Of a stretch of 64,000 nucleotides of DNA, positions 1 to 9,282 are shown piece by piece. Origin of the DNA: Bacteroidota bacterium (GTDB lineage: Bacteria > Bacteroidota > Bacteroidia > AKYH767-A > 2013-40CM-41-45); assembly GCA_031417395.1 (NCBI GenBank), contig JANOVM010000057.1, positions 18,078-82,077 of the forward strand. Reading direction: 5' to 3'. The stretch's first letter is position 1, and each line of letters opens with the position of its first letter. The position numbers and the translations under genes are program-made. The notes under the pieces were generated by a model. The model made no database searches. It was not told the DNA's origin and saw only the letters and a list, made by a program, of their open reading frames with translations.

Positions 1-166
1 GATATTGAGAACCTATACCGGAACTTATAGTCATAACAGCCCCGTATGGAGTAATGGTAGTAGTTAGAACCGTATATCGGCGGGTATGATTGGGAGATAC
101 TGAAACGATTTGTGCATCTAATGAATAACTACAGGCTAAAAACAAAAAAAGGTAAAATGCTTTCAT
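1..166 (-). CDS. 5' end of a secreted protein gene that runs off the left edge of the window (N-terminus only)
   Basis: Minus-strand ATG at 166..164 opens an ORF reading MKAFYLFLFLACSYSLDAQIVSVSPNHTRRYTVLTTTITPYGAVMTISSG... with a clear signal peptide. It continues beyond position 1. It is absent from the ORF track because it is edge-truncated. Confidence 0.35.
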   Translation of the reverse strand, partial: MKAFYLFLFLACSYSLDAQIVSVSPNHTRRYTVLTTTITPYGAVMTISSGIGSQY

Positions 167-509
167 GGGAAATTTATTAAACGTATGTAAGGACGACTTA
201 ATTCAACTCCTGTAATTTACTTTTTGGTTAAGCTGCTTTATTGAGTTGCAGACCTTCAAAAAACAAGGGTGTATTTTAATTATTTCCTAATCGCCGGACC
301 TCCTTGTGGAAATTAATTTGCTATTATTAACTTCGCCGGCTTTACACTCCGGCCTTGAAGGGATTCACATTTATTCGCATCTACTTTTCCTCCATTAATT
401 AAATAACTTCACCCTTCCTTAAATTAAGTTTACTACATATAAGAGGTTTAGCTTTGCAGTTTCGCGGAAAATCATTTTCTTCACTGTATAATTTTTAATT
501 TAGAAACCG

Positions 510-2081
510 ATGACAAAAATTTTACAACTTCTAATTTTGCTTACATGCAGTAATGTGGCATTAGCGCAACATGTCGCCTGGTTGCAAAGCGACACACTTG
601 GTTACAATTCCAATCCGCAGTTGCCGGTGCACAAGCTGGCAGCTACAAGTCAGGGAGCAGTCGTGGCGAAACTCAGCTCTTCGAATCAGTTGTTTGGCAA
701 TGAAATATTAGGCGATTATGCTCTGGATAATTTAGATAGCACCGGATCTTTGTTGTGGCGAATGATGATATATGGGAAAGTGAAAGTTGCTGCTTTGGCA
801 GTTGACGGTGCAGAGAATATTTATTTGGGCGGCGACTATATGGATACTTTGTTCATTAATAGCTCTGATACGATGCTAAATACTGGTTCCGGCTTTGATA
901 AAAATTATTTTCTGATGAGCTTTTCTCCTCAAGGGGTTTTACGATGGAAGAAAAATTTGTCGCTGACCAACAATAATATTTATGATATCACAACGTTGGC
1001 AAAAGATGCCAATGGATCGGTGTGGTATGTTATGCAGCGCTTAACCTCCTTTGAGCATCAGATTACGAAACTGGATAGCAATGGCAATGAGTTAACAACG
1101 TATACAACATCCGATACTCGCTTATGCAATAGCATCAGTTTTGATGCTAATAATAATTTATACCTGGCCGGATCCACAGAGAATGGAATCATCAGCATTA
1201 ATGGTCTAACGGAATTGGTTCCGGAATCGTATATGATGTTTGTGTCGCGCATCAACAATGCAGGACAAACATCGTGGATAAGATTGGCATTCGATATCAC
1301 TTTTCAAACTCCTCAGGTAGTTGCACTGCCAGCGGGAGATGCTATTCTCGGTGGAAATAATTTTGATTCGACAACTTGGGGCTCGATTAATTTCCCCAAT
1401 AATTTTTTCGGAACCAGTTTTTTCCTGACAAGAGTCGACAGCAATGCTAATTTTTTATGGGGATATGGTTTGCCGTTGAACGACACAGGATATTTCGATG
1501 TAGGAAGTGGACATTTTTTTGATGTTGATGCAGATGAAAATATTTATGTAACAGGAACCATGCAAGGGACCATTCATTTTACACCGTCGTTGGTAGTGAA
1601 CAGCGGTATACCGGCGACGTATAATTTAGGAATCTTGAAATTGACCGGTGGAGGACAAGTGCTGTCATTAAAATTAGGGGGCGGCATGAATTCAAATTAT
1701 CCGCAAGACCTATGGATGAGCGGAGTCGACAAAGGATATGTAGTGGCAACAATACTTGGCGAGGCTATTTTTGACTCGTTAACATCCGGAGTAGCCGGCT
1801 TACAATCTGCTTTAGTTATTCATTTCGATGATGGCAACACAACAACAGGCATATATCCTATGAATGGCAAAGAATGGTCTGTCTATCCCAATCCATTTAC
1901 CGATCGATTGGTATTGCAAGGCATTGATGAAAAAGTAAAAGTTGAATTCCTGAATGTACTTGGAAACGTAGTGAGTGAACAATACACGATGAATGGAGAA
2001 ATTAAATTGCCGTCGCTGGCTAAAGGAATTTATTTTTTACGAGTAGGTAATCAGGTGAAGCGAATGGTGAAGGAGGAGTGA
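510..2081 (+). CDS. secreted protein with T9SS C-terminal sorting domain (Por_Secre_tail-like)
   Basis: N-terminal signal peptide (MTKILQLLILLTCSNVALAQ). The C-terminus VYPNPFTDRLVLQG...GIYFLRVGN matches the type A T9SS CTD pattern. The internal region has propeller-like repeats. Confidence 0.7.
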   Translation: MTKILQLLILLTCSNVALAQHVAWLQSDTLGYNSNPQLPVHKLAATSQGAVVAKLSSSNQLFGNEILGDYALDNLDSTGSLLWRMMIYGKVKVAALAVDGAENIYLGGDYMDTLFINSSDTMLNTGSGFDKNYFLMSFSPQGVLRWKKNLSLTNNNIYDITTLAKDANGSVWYVMQRLTSFEHQITKLDSNGNELTTYTTSDTRLCNSISFDANNNLYLAGSTENGIISINGLTELVPESYMMFVSRINNAGQTSWIRLAFDITFQTPQVVALPAGDAILGGNNFDSTTWGSINFPNNFFGTSFFLTRVDSNANFLWGYGLPLNDTGYFDVGSGHFFDVDADENIYVTGTMQGTIHFTPSLVVNSGIPATYNLGILKLTGGGQVLSLKLGGGMNSNYPQDLWMSGVDKGYVVATILGEAIFDSLTSGVAGLQSALVIHFDDGNTTTGIYPMNGKEWSVYPNPFTDRLVLQGIDEKVKVEFLNVLGNVVSEQYTMNGEIKLPSLAKGIYFLRVGNQVKRMVKEE

Positions 2082-2139
2082 GAATGAAAGACATTTTTAG
2101 TAAACCGTAATCATTGTCGAAATTCGTATATTCGCACCA

Positions 2140-2430
2140 ATGGTTAGCCAACTCACACCCTCACTTTTTTGGGATATCGATAAACAAACGCTTTCTGAAG
2201 TGGATCATGCAGGTTTTATCATCCGGCGCGTGTGCATGTTAGGCACCTGGAACGATTGGCTATTGCTAAAAGAAAAGTATGGTTTAGATAGGATCAAATC
2301 AGAACTTATACTAGCACGTCATCTGGATCACAAAACGCTGAATTATTTTAGTTTGATTTTGAATGTCCCTAAAGAAAAATTTCGATGTTATTCTTTTCAG
2401 CAGTCAGTCCCGAAGCACTGGAATTATTAA
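2140..2430 (+). CDS. small protein overlapping the start of an AbiEii-like gene; putative cognate antitoxin or partner
   Basis: The 96-aa ORF overlaps the downstream nucleotidyltransferase ORF by 46 bp in a different frame, an arrangement that suggests translational coupling. MenT/AbiEii-type toxins are typically preceded by small antitoxin genes. I did not recognise a domain by eye. Confidence 0.4.
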   Translation: MVSQLTPSLFWDIDKQTLSEVDHAGFIIRRVCMLGTWNDWLLLKEKYGLDRIKSELILARHLDHKTLNYFSLILNVPKEKFRCYSFQQSVPKHWNY

Positions 2431-3002
2431 GAGAAGTTCAGGGCCTTCCGATCCTGAATGATTTTTATCTTGTTGGAGGTACGGCACTCGCTTTGCGGTA
2501 TGGGCATCGAATTTCTGTTGATCTGGATTTTTTTACTGAGAAAGAATTTGATACGAGTTCTCTGATTGATACACTCAAAGAGAAGTTTTCTGTTCGTGTT
2601 TTGTCGCAAGCCAAAAACTCATTGACATTGGATCTTCGCTCTGTCAAAACGGATTTCATCAGACATAATTATCCCATATTAAAACCATTCGTAAAAGCAG
2701 ATGAAATTAAAATGGCTTCCGTTGAAGATATAGCAGCCATGAAACTCAATAGTACCATGAACCGCGGTGCCAAAAAGGATTTTTATGATATTTATGAATT
2801 GCTGAATCATTTCACATTACAGGAGCTGATTACTTTTTATAATTCCAAATATGATTTTTCCTCTCAACTGATCGTACTTAAAAGTCTGGTTTATTTCGAC
2901 GACGCTGAACAGGAACCGGACCCTGTTACAGTTAAGCCGGTATCATGGAGTTTGGTAAAGCAAAGGATTTCGGAGGAAGTAGGTTTATTCGCAAGAAATT
3001 AA
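2385..3002 (+). CDS. AbiEii/MenT-like nucleotidyltransferase (toxin of a type IV/VII TA or abortive-infection module)
   Basis: The N-terminal motif LVGGTALALRYGHRISVDLDFF is the GG-TAL...R.S.DLD nucleotidyltransferase signature of the AbiEii/DUF1814 family. The upstream frame is closed by a stop at 2370-2372, so the ATG at 2385 is the start. Confidence 0.65.
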   Translation: MLFFSAVSPEALELLREVQGLPILNDFYLVGGTALALRYGHRISVDLDFFTEKEFDTSSLIDTLKEKFSVRVLSQAKNSLTLDLRSVKTDFIRHNYPILKPFVKADEIKMASVEDIAAMKLNSTMNRGAKKDFYDIYELLNHFTLQELITFYNSKYDFSSQLIVLKSLVYFDDAEQEPDPVTVKPVSWSLVKQRISEEVGLFARN

Positions 3003-6000
3003 TAAAAGACTGTAACAGAACCAAGATAAACATGTGTTTTCCCAAAAACGTCTGTCACCTTTGCTCTCCAAACATAAACATCCTGTTGTACAGGATTGCC
3101 GTTGATGGTTCCATTCCACTGACAAGAAGAGGACATTCCTTCATTGCCATAGGTATCGTAAGGAACATTAGAACCTTCCTCGTGACATGACCAGATTTTC
3201 AATCCCCAACGATCATAAATCCAGAAGTCGTAATTTTTAATACCCATTCCTTTAGCGTAAAAGAGATTGTTTTCGGAATCTCCATTTGGTGTGAATGCAT
3301 TAGGAACAAAGAAGGTGAAGTTTGGATTGATTTCATTAGGTTTAACAATGGTGTCTTTACATCCATACTCTGTGGTTACGATTAGTGTAGTGTAAAATTT
3401 GTAAAAGTCGTTTCCTGATGCTGATGAATAGAAATGCTTTTCAACAGGACCGCCATGTACAATACTTGAACTATCACCAAAATCCCATGTCCAATGAACA
3501 ACATTAGAAGAAGACTGATCCAGGAATGTAAGCGTCGGCGGATAATTTCCGGCTAAATCAGTGCTTATGCTAAAATCTGCAACAGGGTTTGAATAGACTT
3601 TAATAATATTATCAAAATATTTATAAGCGGAACAACCTAAATCGTTAACAACAGTAATCGATGCATCATAATACCCGGGAGTGTTGTAACAGACCTCGTC
3701 GGGATTTTGAGAAAAAGAAATACTCGGACTTCCACCCGGGAAATTCCATCCCCATTGAACAATGGAGCCATCTGCAGAAGTTGAAAGATCAATAAACGTA
3801 TGACAAAAAGGAATACAGCCGGTATCCGGACTATTAATCTGAATTTCGGGAAGCTTATAGACTGTAGCTGTTCCGTTGGAAGTATCTCTACAGCCTTTTT
3901 GTGTCTCTGCAATTAATGTTATTGGGAATGTACCTGTCGTGTCAAAACGGATAATAGGATTTTCTAATTGCGAAGAATCAGGTTGCCCATAAGGAACAGA
4001 CCAATGATAATCTAATCTGGCCCCATTACTAACGGATGATTGATTAACCAGGGTAACGGTACTGTTTTTACAAAGTGTTGGAGAAACAAATGAAGATAAT
4101 GGTAATGGGAAAACATTAAGTGTAAATGCTGCTGTATCAACACAACCTCCGTTAGCACTGGCAATAAGATTAACGGTATAGGACCCGGGAGTAGAAAATG
4201 TAACAACAGGATTTGCTGCAGTAGAGGAAGTCATAGAACCACCGGGAATAATCCATGAATAGGTAATGTTTGCACCGGCAGGTTGAACGGAAGAATTATT
4301 CGAAAAGATTATTTCCGAACCGGCGCATATATCCGGTAAGGAGAAATCAGCATGAGGATTAGCTGAAACAATAACTTGTTTTGCAATCGTGTCAGAACAA
4401 CCGTGGATGGTTGTTGTGATTAACTCCACAAGAGATGTGTCAACAGTTTGAAATGTAATCACCGGATGTGTTTGCGAAGAGGCAGCAGGAACAGCGTTTT
4501 CAAAATTCCATGCATAGGTTGCAAGAGTATCTCCCGGGAAGGCAGTAGATAAATTAGTAATACTATATGGCGTGCCCGCACAGTTTATCGGCGCATTAAA
4601 ATCAGCTTGAGGTAAAGGATAAATGGAAATAACTTTATCAATGGTGTCTTTACATCCGCCTGTTGATGATGCAATTAATTGTATGGTTGAATTACCGGGA
4701 TTCGCATAGCTTACTGCGGGTGTCACCATAGCGGAACTGGAAGGGTTACCGCCGGTAAACGACCAGGAATAAGATAATGGACCTCCGGAAGGAGAAAGTG
4801 TTGATGTATTCGCTAAAGAAAGTTGTTCGCCGAAACAAAAAGATTGAGCCGAGAAGGAGGCAACAGGTGTTTCAAAAATATTTATTGTTTGCTGAACGGT
4901 ATCAGGGCAGCCATTGGCAGTGTTAACAATAAGTGTAATTTGTGACGAGCCGGAATTTGAAAAGGTTACAACCGGATTTATCGCTGAAGAAGCAGCGGGA
5001 TTTCCACCGGCAATATTCCAGGAGTAAGAACTGATTGTATCACCCACGCCAATCGTTGAAGTATTGGTAATGGTCAACGGATAATCTGTACAAACATTTG
5101 GAGCGGTAAAAGAAGCAGCGGGATTCTGCGGCACATTAAAGGTATATTGTATCGTATCGATGCAGCCGGGCGAATAGGTGCCGGAAATTAACGTGACGGA
5201 ATGAGTTCCCGAAGGAAAGATTATTGAATCAGGGTTTGATACATTCGATGTTGCAGGAGAACCGCCGTTGAAATTCCATTGCCAGTATTTAATCGGATCC
5301 TGTGGCGTAGGCGAAATACATTGAGAAGTGAAATCAACATAACCGCAATGCGTTGTATATATATAATTAGCAGACACTGAAAAATGTTGCGGAACATAAC
5401 GTGCCGACCAATTGCATCCGGAAGGTAAAGAAACTTTCACGGTAAACGTATCTCCCGGTTGTGCATAAGAAGTAACGGTTTGTGTAGTGGCAAACGGAAT
5501 CGTATCCTTATTGAGAAACCATTCATAGGAATAACTATTAATTAAATCAGGTGATGAGGGAGCAACCAATGTATCAGGAGCATTTGTATAACAGTTCGGT
5601 TTTAAAATTACTGATGATGATCCGCATGCAAAATCCCAGTAGGAATGAGCAAAATGTCCGCCTAAACGACAATCAGCATTGGTAATAACAACAGTTAAAG
5701 TTTGTCCGATATAGTTAGACAAATTAACGCCTTCAATTGTCCAGGGCTTATAAATAGCAGTGTCGCGCATAAAGCCGCCGCCGCCTCCACCTCCACCGCC
5801 ACCACCAGTACGGGCACGGTTACATGTATATTGACCGGGGAATGATTCACTGGCTATGTAACGCTGATATGCACAGGGAATGGTATCTCCATTCGGATCG
5901 AGAATCATAAACTCAACATAGGGCATGTTATCAATCGTATGTGTTGAATCGCCCGGATTTTCCATCACAAATGCATAAGAGTAGATAAAATTTGTATCAG

Positions 6001-6628
6001 CTGCCCCAACTGTAAAACAATATGTCAATCGCTCTGCACAACCGGCGGCAAATGGATTAATTGGTAAGGAACAACCACCACCCTGTCCATCGGTCATAGG
6101 TTGTCCAAGTTGGATCGAACTCATACCAAAACCGGGAGGTGCAACAAGTGTAATAGGCGGATCTCCCGGTTTCACGCCCGGAGTCAATGGATCTATTCCC
6201 GGGCCGGTGGTAATATTAAATCTGATTGGAGCCGGAACTGCAGATGTCAAAATTAATCCAAGTGAATCATAATTTTTACCTTCTTCAGCCTGCCAAACAT
6301 CCCAACCATTTTCAGCACCCATATTGTAACAAGTACCACATGCAGAGGAGGATGATTGCCTCGAATAAGAGTGTACGGATAATTTTCTGCCTTGCTGAAT
6401 AATTAATTCATTTTGAGTGCGGATTGCATCCAAAGTTGCAGCGGGAATTTTGTTTGATTTGATTTGGTCCGAAACAGATGGCTTTTCTTTGAAAAAGACT
6501 GCTGCGTCTTTTGATTTATCCCGAATGTTTTGTGCGGCAGAATTAAAAGAATAAATGAATAGAAAAGCCATTATGAAAACAGCAATTCGTTTTGAAAATA
6601 AATAATAGGCAATACGTGTGGAATTCAT
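2999..6628 (-). CDS. large cell-surface protein with multiple PKD-like repeats and a gliding-motility-associated C-terminal domain (CHU_C / T9SS type B CTD)
   Basis: Signal/TM at the N-terminus. Repeated ~85-aa units of the type ...FSNNSS...YSW...GG...NPVVTFS..G.YTV.L (PKD-like). An 11-Gly tract. The C-terminus FFVPNAFTPNGDSENNLFYAKGMGIKNYDFWIYDRWGLKIW...YVWRAKVTD matches the CHU_C domain. Confidence 0.8.
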   Translation of the reverse strand: MNSTRIAYYLFSKRIAVFIMAFLFIYSFNSAAQNIRDKSKDAAVFFKEKPSVSDQIKSNKIPAATLDAIRTQNELIIQQGRKLSVHSYSRQSSSSACGTCYNMGAENGWDVWQAEEGKNYDSLGLILTSAVPAPIRFNITTGPGIDPLTPGVKPGDPPITLVAPPGFGMSSIQLGQPMTDGQGGGCSLPINPFAAGCAERLTYCFTVGAADTNFIYSYAFVMENPGDSTHTIDNMPYVEFMILDPNGDTIPCAYQRYIASESFPGQYTCNRARTGGGGGGGGGGGFMRDTAIYKPWTIEGVNLSNYIGQTLTVVITNADCRLGGHFAHSYWDFACGSSSVILKPNCYTNAPDTLVAPSSPDLINSYSYEWFLNKDTIPFATTQTVTSYAQPGDTFTVKVSLPSGCNWSARYVPQHFSVSANYIYTTHCGYVDFTSQCISPTPQDPIKYWQWNFNGGSPATSNVSNPDSIIFPSGTHSVTLISGTYSPGCIDTIQYTFNVPQNPAASFTAPNVCTDYPLTITNTSTIGVGDTISSYSWNIAGGNPAASSAINPVVTFSNSGSSQITLIVNTANGCPDTVQQTINIFETPVASFSAQSFCFGEQLSLANTSTLSPSGGPLSYSWSFTGGNPSSSAMVTPAVSYANPGNSTIQLIASSTGGCKDTIDKVISIYPLPQADFNAPINCAGTPYSITNLSTAFPGDTLATYAWNFENAVPAASSQTHPVITFQTVDTSLVELITTTIHGCSDTIAKQVIVSANPHADFSLPDICAGSEIIFSNNSSVQPAGANITYSWIIPGGSMTSSTAANPVVTFSTPGSYTVNLIASANGGCVDTAAFTLNVFPLPLSSFVSPTLCKNSTVTLVNQSSVSNGARLDYHWSVPYGQPDSSQLENPIIRFDTTGTFPITLIAETQKGCRDTSNGTATVYKLPEIQINSPDTGCIPFCHTFIDLSTSADGSIVQWGWNFPGGSPSISFSQNPDEVCYNTPGYYDASITVVNDLGCSAYKYFDNIIKVYSNPVADFSISTDLAGNYPPTLTFLDQSSSNVVHWTWDFGDSSSIVHGGPVEKHFYSSASGNDFYKFYTTLIVTTEYGCKDTIVKPNEINPNFTFFVPNAFTPNGDSENNLFYAKGMGIKNYDFWIYDRWGLKIWSCHEEGSNVPYDTYGNEGMSSSCQWNGTINGNPVQQDVYVWRAKVTDVFGKTHVYLGSVTVFY

Positions 6629-6796
6629 AAAGGGGATCCAATTTCGTTAATAAATTGCAGAAAAAAAAATAAATCCCTGGATTAGAGCATAAATTCTCGT
6701 TTTTTTATTAATTAAACTTTATTACAAATAGCTATATTCTTTGTTTTTTGATTGAAAAACAAGAATTATTTTTTCGATTTTGCCAATTATATTTAA

Positions 6797-7339
6797 TTAA
6801 ATGGTCTCAAGATATATTCTGTATCCACCATAAGCACCCATTGAATTGTCGTAGGAATACAAACCATGTTTAATGTTAAGATCATTTCCAATTGCAGAAT
6901 GCGTATCCAATACAATATCATTATCTACTGCCAAATTTAATTCATTTAATGGTATCGATCCCTGAGGTTTTGCAGCAAGTAAAATATCAAAATAATATTT
7001 ACTAGTGTTTGGATCGAGCTCCAGAATAGTAGCACATCCATCTATAGGATTCACGTTAGGGACTGTGTGTTCAGGTTGCGGCCACCAAACGGGTTTACAA
7101 AGGCCAAAACCTCTACAGTCCCTGCTGGTCCTTCCCCATTTATCCCAGCTCACAATGACTATTTCTCCTCTGACGGAGTTTGTTATTTCTTTAATTCTAT
7201 CCTTCACTTCGACGAATTTGAGATGCTTAGCAATATTGTCCTGATCAAAGGCAATGACTTTCTGTTCTTTGTAACAAGAACTAAATATTCCTGCGATAAA
7301 GATTGCTGTTCCGAAAATAAGTAGATTTTGTTTTTTCAT
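6797..7339 (-). CDS. hypothetical lipoprotein
   Basis: Signal peptide with lipobox-like ...GIFSSC. I recognised no domain. Confidence 0.5.
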   Translation of the reverse strand: MKKQNLLIFGTAIFIAGIFSSCYKEQKVIAFDQDNIAKHLKFVEVKDRIKEITNSVRGEIVIVSWDKWGRTSRDCRGFGLCKPVWWPQPEHTVPNVNPIDGCATILELDPNTSKYYFDILLAAKPQGSIPLNELNLAVDNDIVLDTHSAIGNDLNIKHGLYSYDNSMGAYGGYRIYLETI

Positions 7340-7648
7340 AATAATGATTTTTAAAAGGTTTATTCTGCAAAGTTGTTGTCAAAAGTCTCAAAATACAACC
7401 CAATGAAAGAAGGATAATTTATGCTGTGTACCTGTGAGCATGTATTAAGCGGGAACTTAAACAGTGACGAATGTGGTAAAAATTTATTTTCTGAAATTTG
7501 TTTTAAATAGGGGAGTGCAAATACGAAGTTTATATCAAGCAGTAAGTAAAATTTCAATAGGAAATAAAATGAAAACGGTTTCCCTTCCGTAAAAAAGAAA
7601 ACCGTTTATTCATTGCTGTATAAAAATGATAGGAACTTATGGCTTTTT

Positions 7649-8263
7649 TTATTTCAATCGAATTCCTACTCCAAATTCTAAAGATAGATTTGCCAGGTTC
7701 CCATCGACGGAATTAATGTCTGAGCTTTTAAAAGGATAAGGGTATAGAGGCAAATACATTCTATAGCTGAAAAAGTACTTCTTCGTTCCAACTTTAATAT
7801 TATACATTAATCCCAAGTCAGGACTAGAAGAACTTACAACTACTGACACTTTTTCAAATTCGGGATTGTTTAATGTTTCTTTGAAGGTATCGTATTTTAT
7901 TCCTGCAATAAGGGAAAATGTGTGAGAAGTGTGTTTCCCGGAAAAAGAAGTTCCAATCCCGAATTTTTGACTTAATGAATAATCGTAGTTTGTTTTAATG
8001 TAATTAAAATCTCTGAGAAAGGCATTGTTGTATGAAAAGGAAGTATGCGAAACAATGCTAAGACGTTTAAGAATATTCCATTGCGTAAGGTTGCTCAAAA
8101 GCAAAGCCGGCATGGGATATAATTTTATCCCGATTCCCATTTCAATTGTTAATTGACGATCCGTGATATTCTTCCTGGAAATTTTAGAAGAATCCAATTG
8201 ACCATAAGCAAATGAAAAATTTAAAAGCAATAAAGTGATAGATAAGGTTTGTATGAGTTTCAT
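7649..8263 (-). CDS. putative outer-membrane beta-barrel protein
   Basis: Signal peptide MKLIQTLSITLLLLNFSFAYGQ. Alternating hydrophobic beta-strand-like segments. The C-terminus has aromatic/hydrophobic residues (GVGIRLK) as in porin-like OMPs. Confidence 0.45.
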   Translation of the reverse strand: MKLIQTLSITLLLLNFSFAYGQLDSSKISRKNITDRQLTIEMGIGIKLYPMPALLLSNLTQWNILKRLSIVSHTSFSYNNAFLRDFNYIKTNYDYSLSQKFGIGTSFSGKHTSHTFSLIAGIKYDTFKETLNNPEFEKVSVVVSSSSPDLGLMYNIKVGTKKYFFSYRMYLPLYPYPFKSSDINSVDGNLANLSLEFGVGIRLK

Positions 8264-8307
8264 AATTATTTATTTTTTTAGAAATATGGATTTGATGTAT
8301 GTTAGAA

Positions 8308-9099
8308 TTATCTGTTTTCGAAATAAAAAGTTAAACCATCAACTATGTTTGGGTTCCGGGATCCCATATGGTCAAGATGTGGTTGGAGGTGACTGGTAAT
8401 TTTAATGTCAGGATAATTGTTTTGTAAACGTTGATGAAATGCTTCATAAGGAGCCGGCATTCTTCCACTATTCTCCAGTCCGCCCAAACCCATGAATACC
8501 AATTGATGATTATTCATGTTGATATTCCTGTTTTCTTTTTCGAATCGAAGCATTATTTCATTGTCATACCATATCGAAGGACTTAACATAAGGTAATTGC
8601 CGAATACATCATTGAAATTTGTAAAGGCGTAAGCAGCAAGCAAACCACCAAATGAATGTCCTAGAATAGTTCTGTTTTTTCGTAACGTGTCAGCCCCAAA
8701 GTCATTCTCTATTTTAGGTATTAATTCGTATTTCACAAACTGCATAAACTTTTCTGCACCTCCGCCGCCTTCACCGGTATTGGAAGGTGTGTAATCTATA
8801 GCTCTGTCATTTCCGTAACCAATACTAACTACCAGAACATTTGAAGTTGAATAATTACTGCAAATCTCTTTGCAATTATTTGTAACAAAGTTGAAATTCT
8901 CCTCCCCATCTAAAACATATACAGTTGCATATTTCTGAATGGAGGAATCGTAATTGTCAGGCAAAGCAATTTTAATTTTATAGTTTGCATTTGTTGAAGT
9001 TGATTGGATTGAAAACTCCTTTATCAGGCCGGGGTTTACATCTTCTTTTTTACAAGAAGTTATTAATATGATTAAAAATATTGGAAGTAGTTTTTTCAT
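8308..9099 (-). CDS. alpha/beta-hydrolase esterase (putative esterase family)
   Basis: Lipoprotein signal (IILITSCKK). GHSFGG nucleophile elbow (GxSxG), with a downstream His (HLDHMGS) and an acidic residue (SPSIWYD) consistent with a Ser-His-Asp triad. Confidence 0.7.
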   Translation of the reverse strand: MKKLLPIFLIILITSCKKEDVNPGLIKEFSIQSTSTNANYKIKIALPDNYDSSIQKYATVYVLDGEENFNFVTNNCKEICSNYSTSNVLVVSIGYGNDRAIDYTPSNTGEGGGGAEKFMQFVKYELIPKIENDFGADTLRKNRTILGHSFGGLLAAYAFTNFNDVFGNYLMLSPSIWYDNEIMLRFEKENRNINMNNHQLVFMGLGGLENSGRMPAPYEAFHQRLQNNYPDIKITSHLQPHLDHMGSRNPNIVDGLTFYFENR

Positions 9100-9145
9100 T
9101 TTTTGTTGTTTTCTTTAGTGGTTAGTGTTTTTTGATTTTGATATG

Positions 9146-9212
9146 ACAAATGTATATCCTTCATCACATGCCATTATTATATTACTTTGGGAAAGGATTA
9201 TAGAATTTTGGG
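9146..9212 (-). promoter_or_regulatory. promoter plus candidate operator upstream of the esterase gene (copy A of a duplicated bipartite element)
   Basis: In gene sense this reads CCCAAAATTCTATAATCCTTTCCCAAAGTAATATAA - 21 nt - ATACATTTGT. The distal 10-mer contains a TAnnTTTG -7 box. The 36-bp block is 34/36 identical to a second copy at 10898-10933, and both copies share the same 21-nt spacing to the 10-mer. Confidence 0.5.
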
Positions 9213-9230
9213 ATACTTGCATTAAGCGTA

Positions 9231-9265
9231 AAAAAAACTCCGTCGGTTGACGAAGTTTTAAAGAA
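9231..9265 (-). terminator. putative intrinsic terminator downstream of the multicopper oxidase gene
   Basis: Minus-strand reading aacttcgtc-aacc-gacggagtt followed by a T7 run. It lies 18 bp after the MCO stop. Confidence 0.45.
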
Positions 9266-9282
9266 AGCAGATAAAATCAATA

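Noticed and set aside
1058-4206. Several short antisense ORFs inside larger genes (1058-1300, 2427-2659, 3637-3912, 4012-4206, and many similar ones across the window)
   Set aside because: Each is fully embedded antisense to a well-supported long CDS and has no features. They are typical six-frame noise.
5771-5803. A GC-rich tract encoding 11 consecutive Gly in the big PKD/CHU_C protein; possible slipped-strand repeat
   Set aside because: The codons are mixed (GGT/GGC/GGA), so there is no perfect trinucleotide repeat and it is unlikely to be phase-variable. It is probably a flexible linker.
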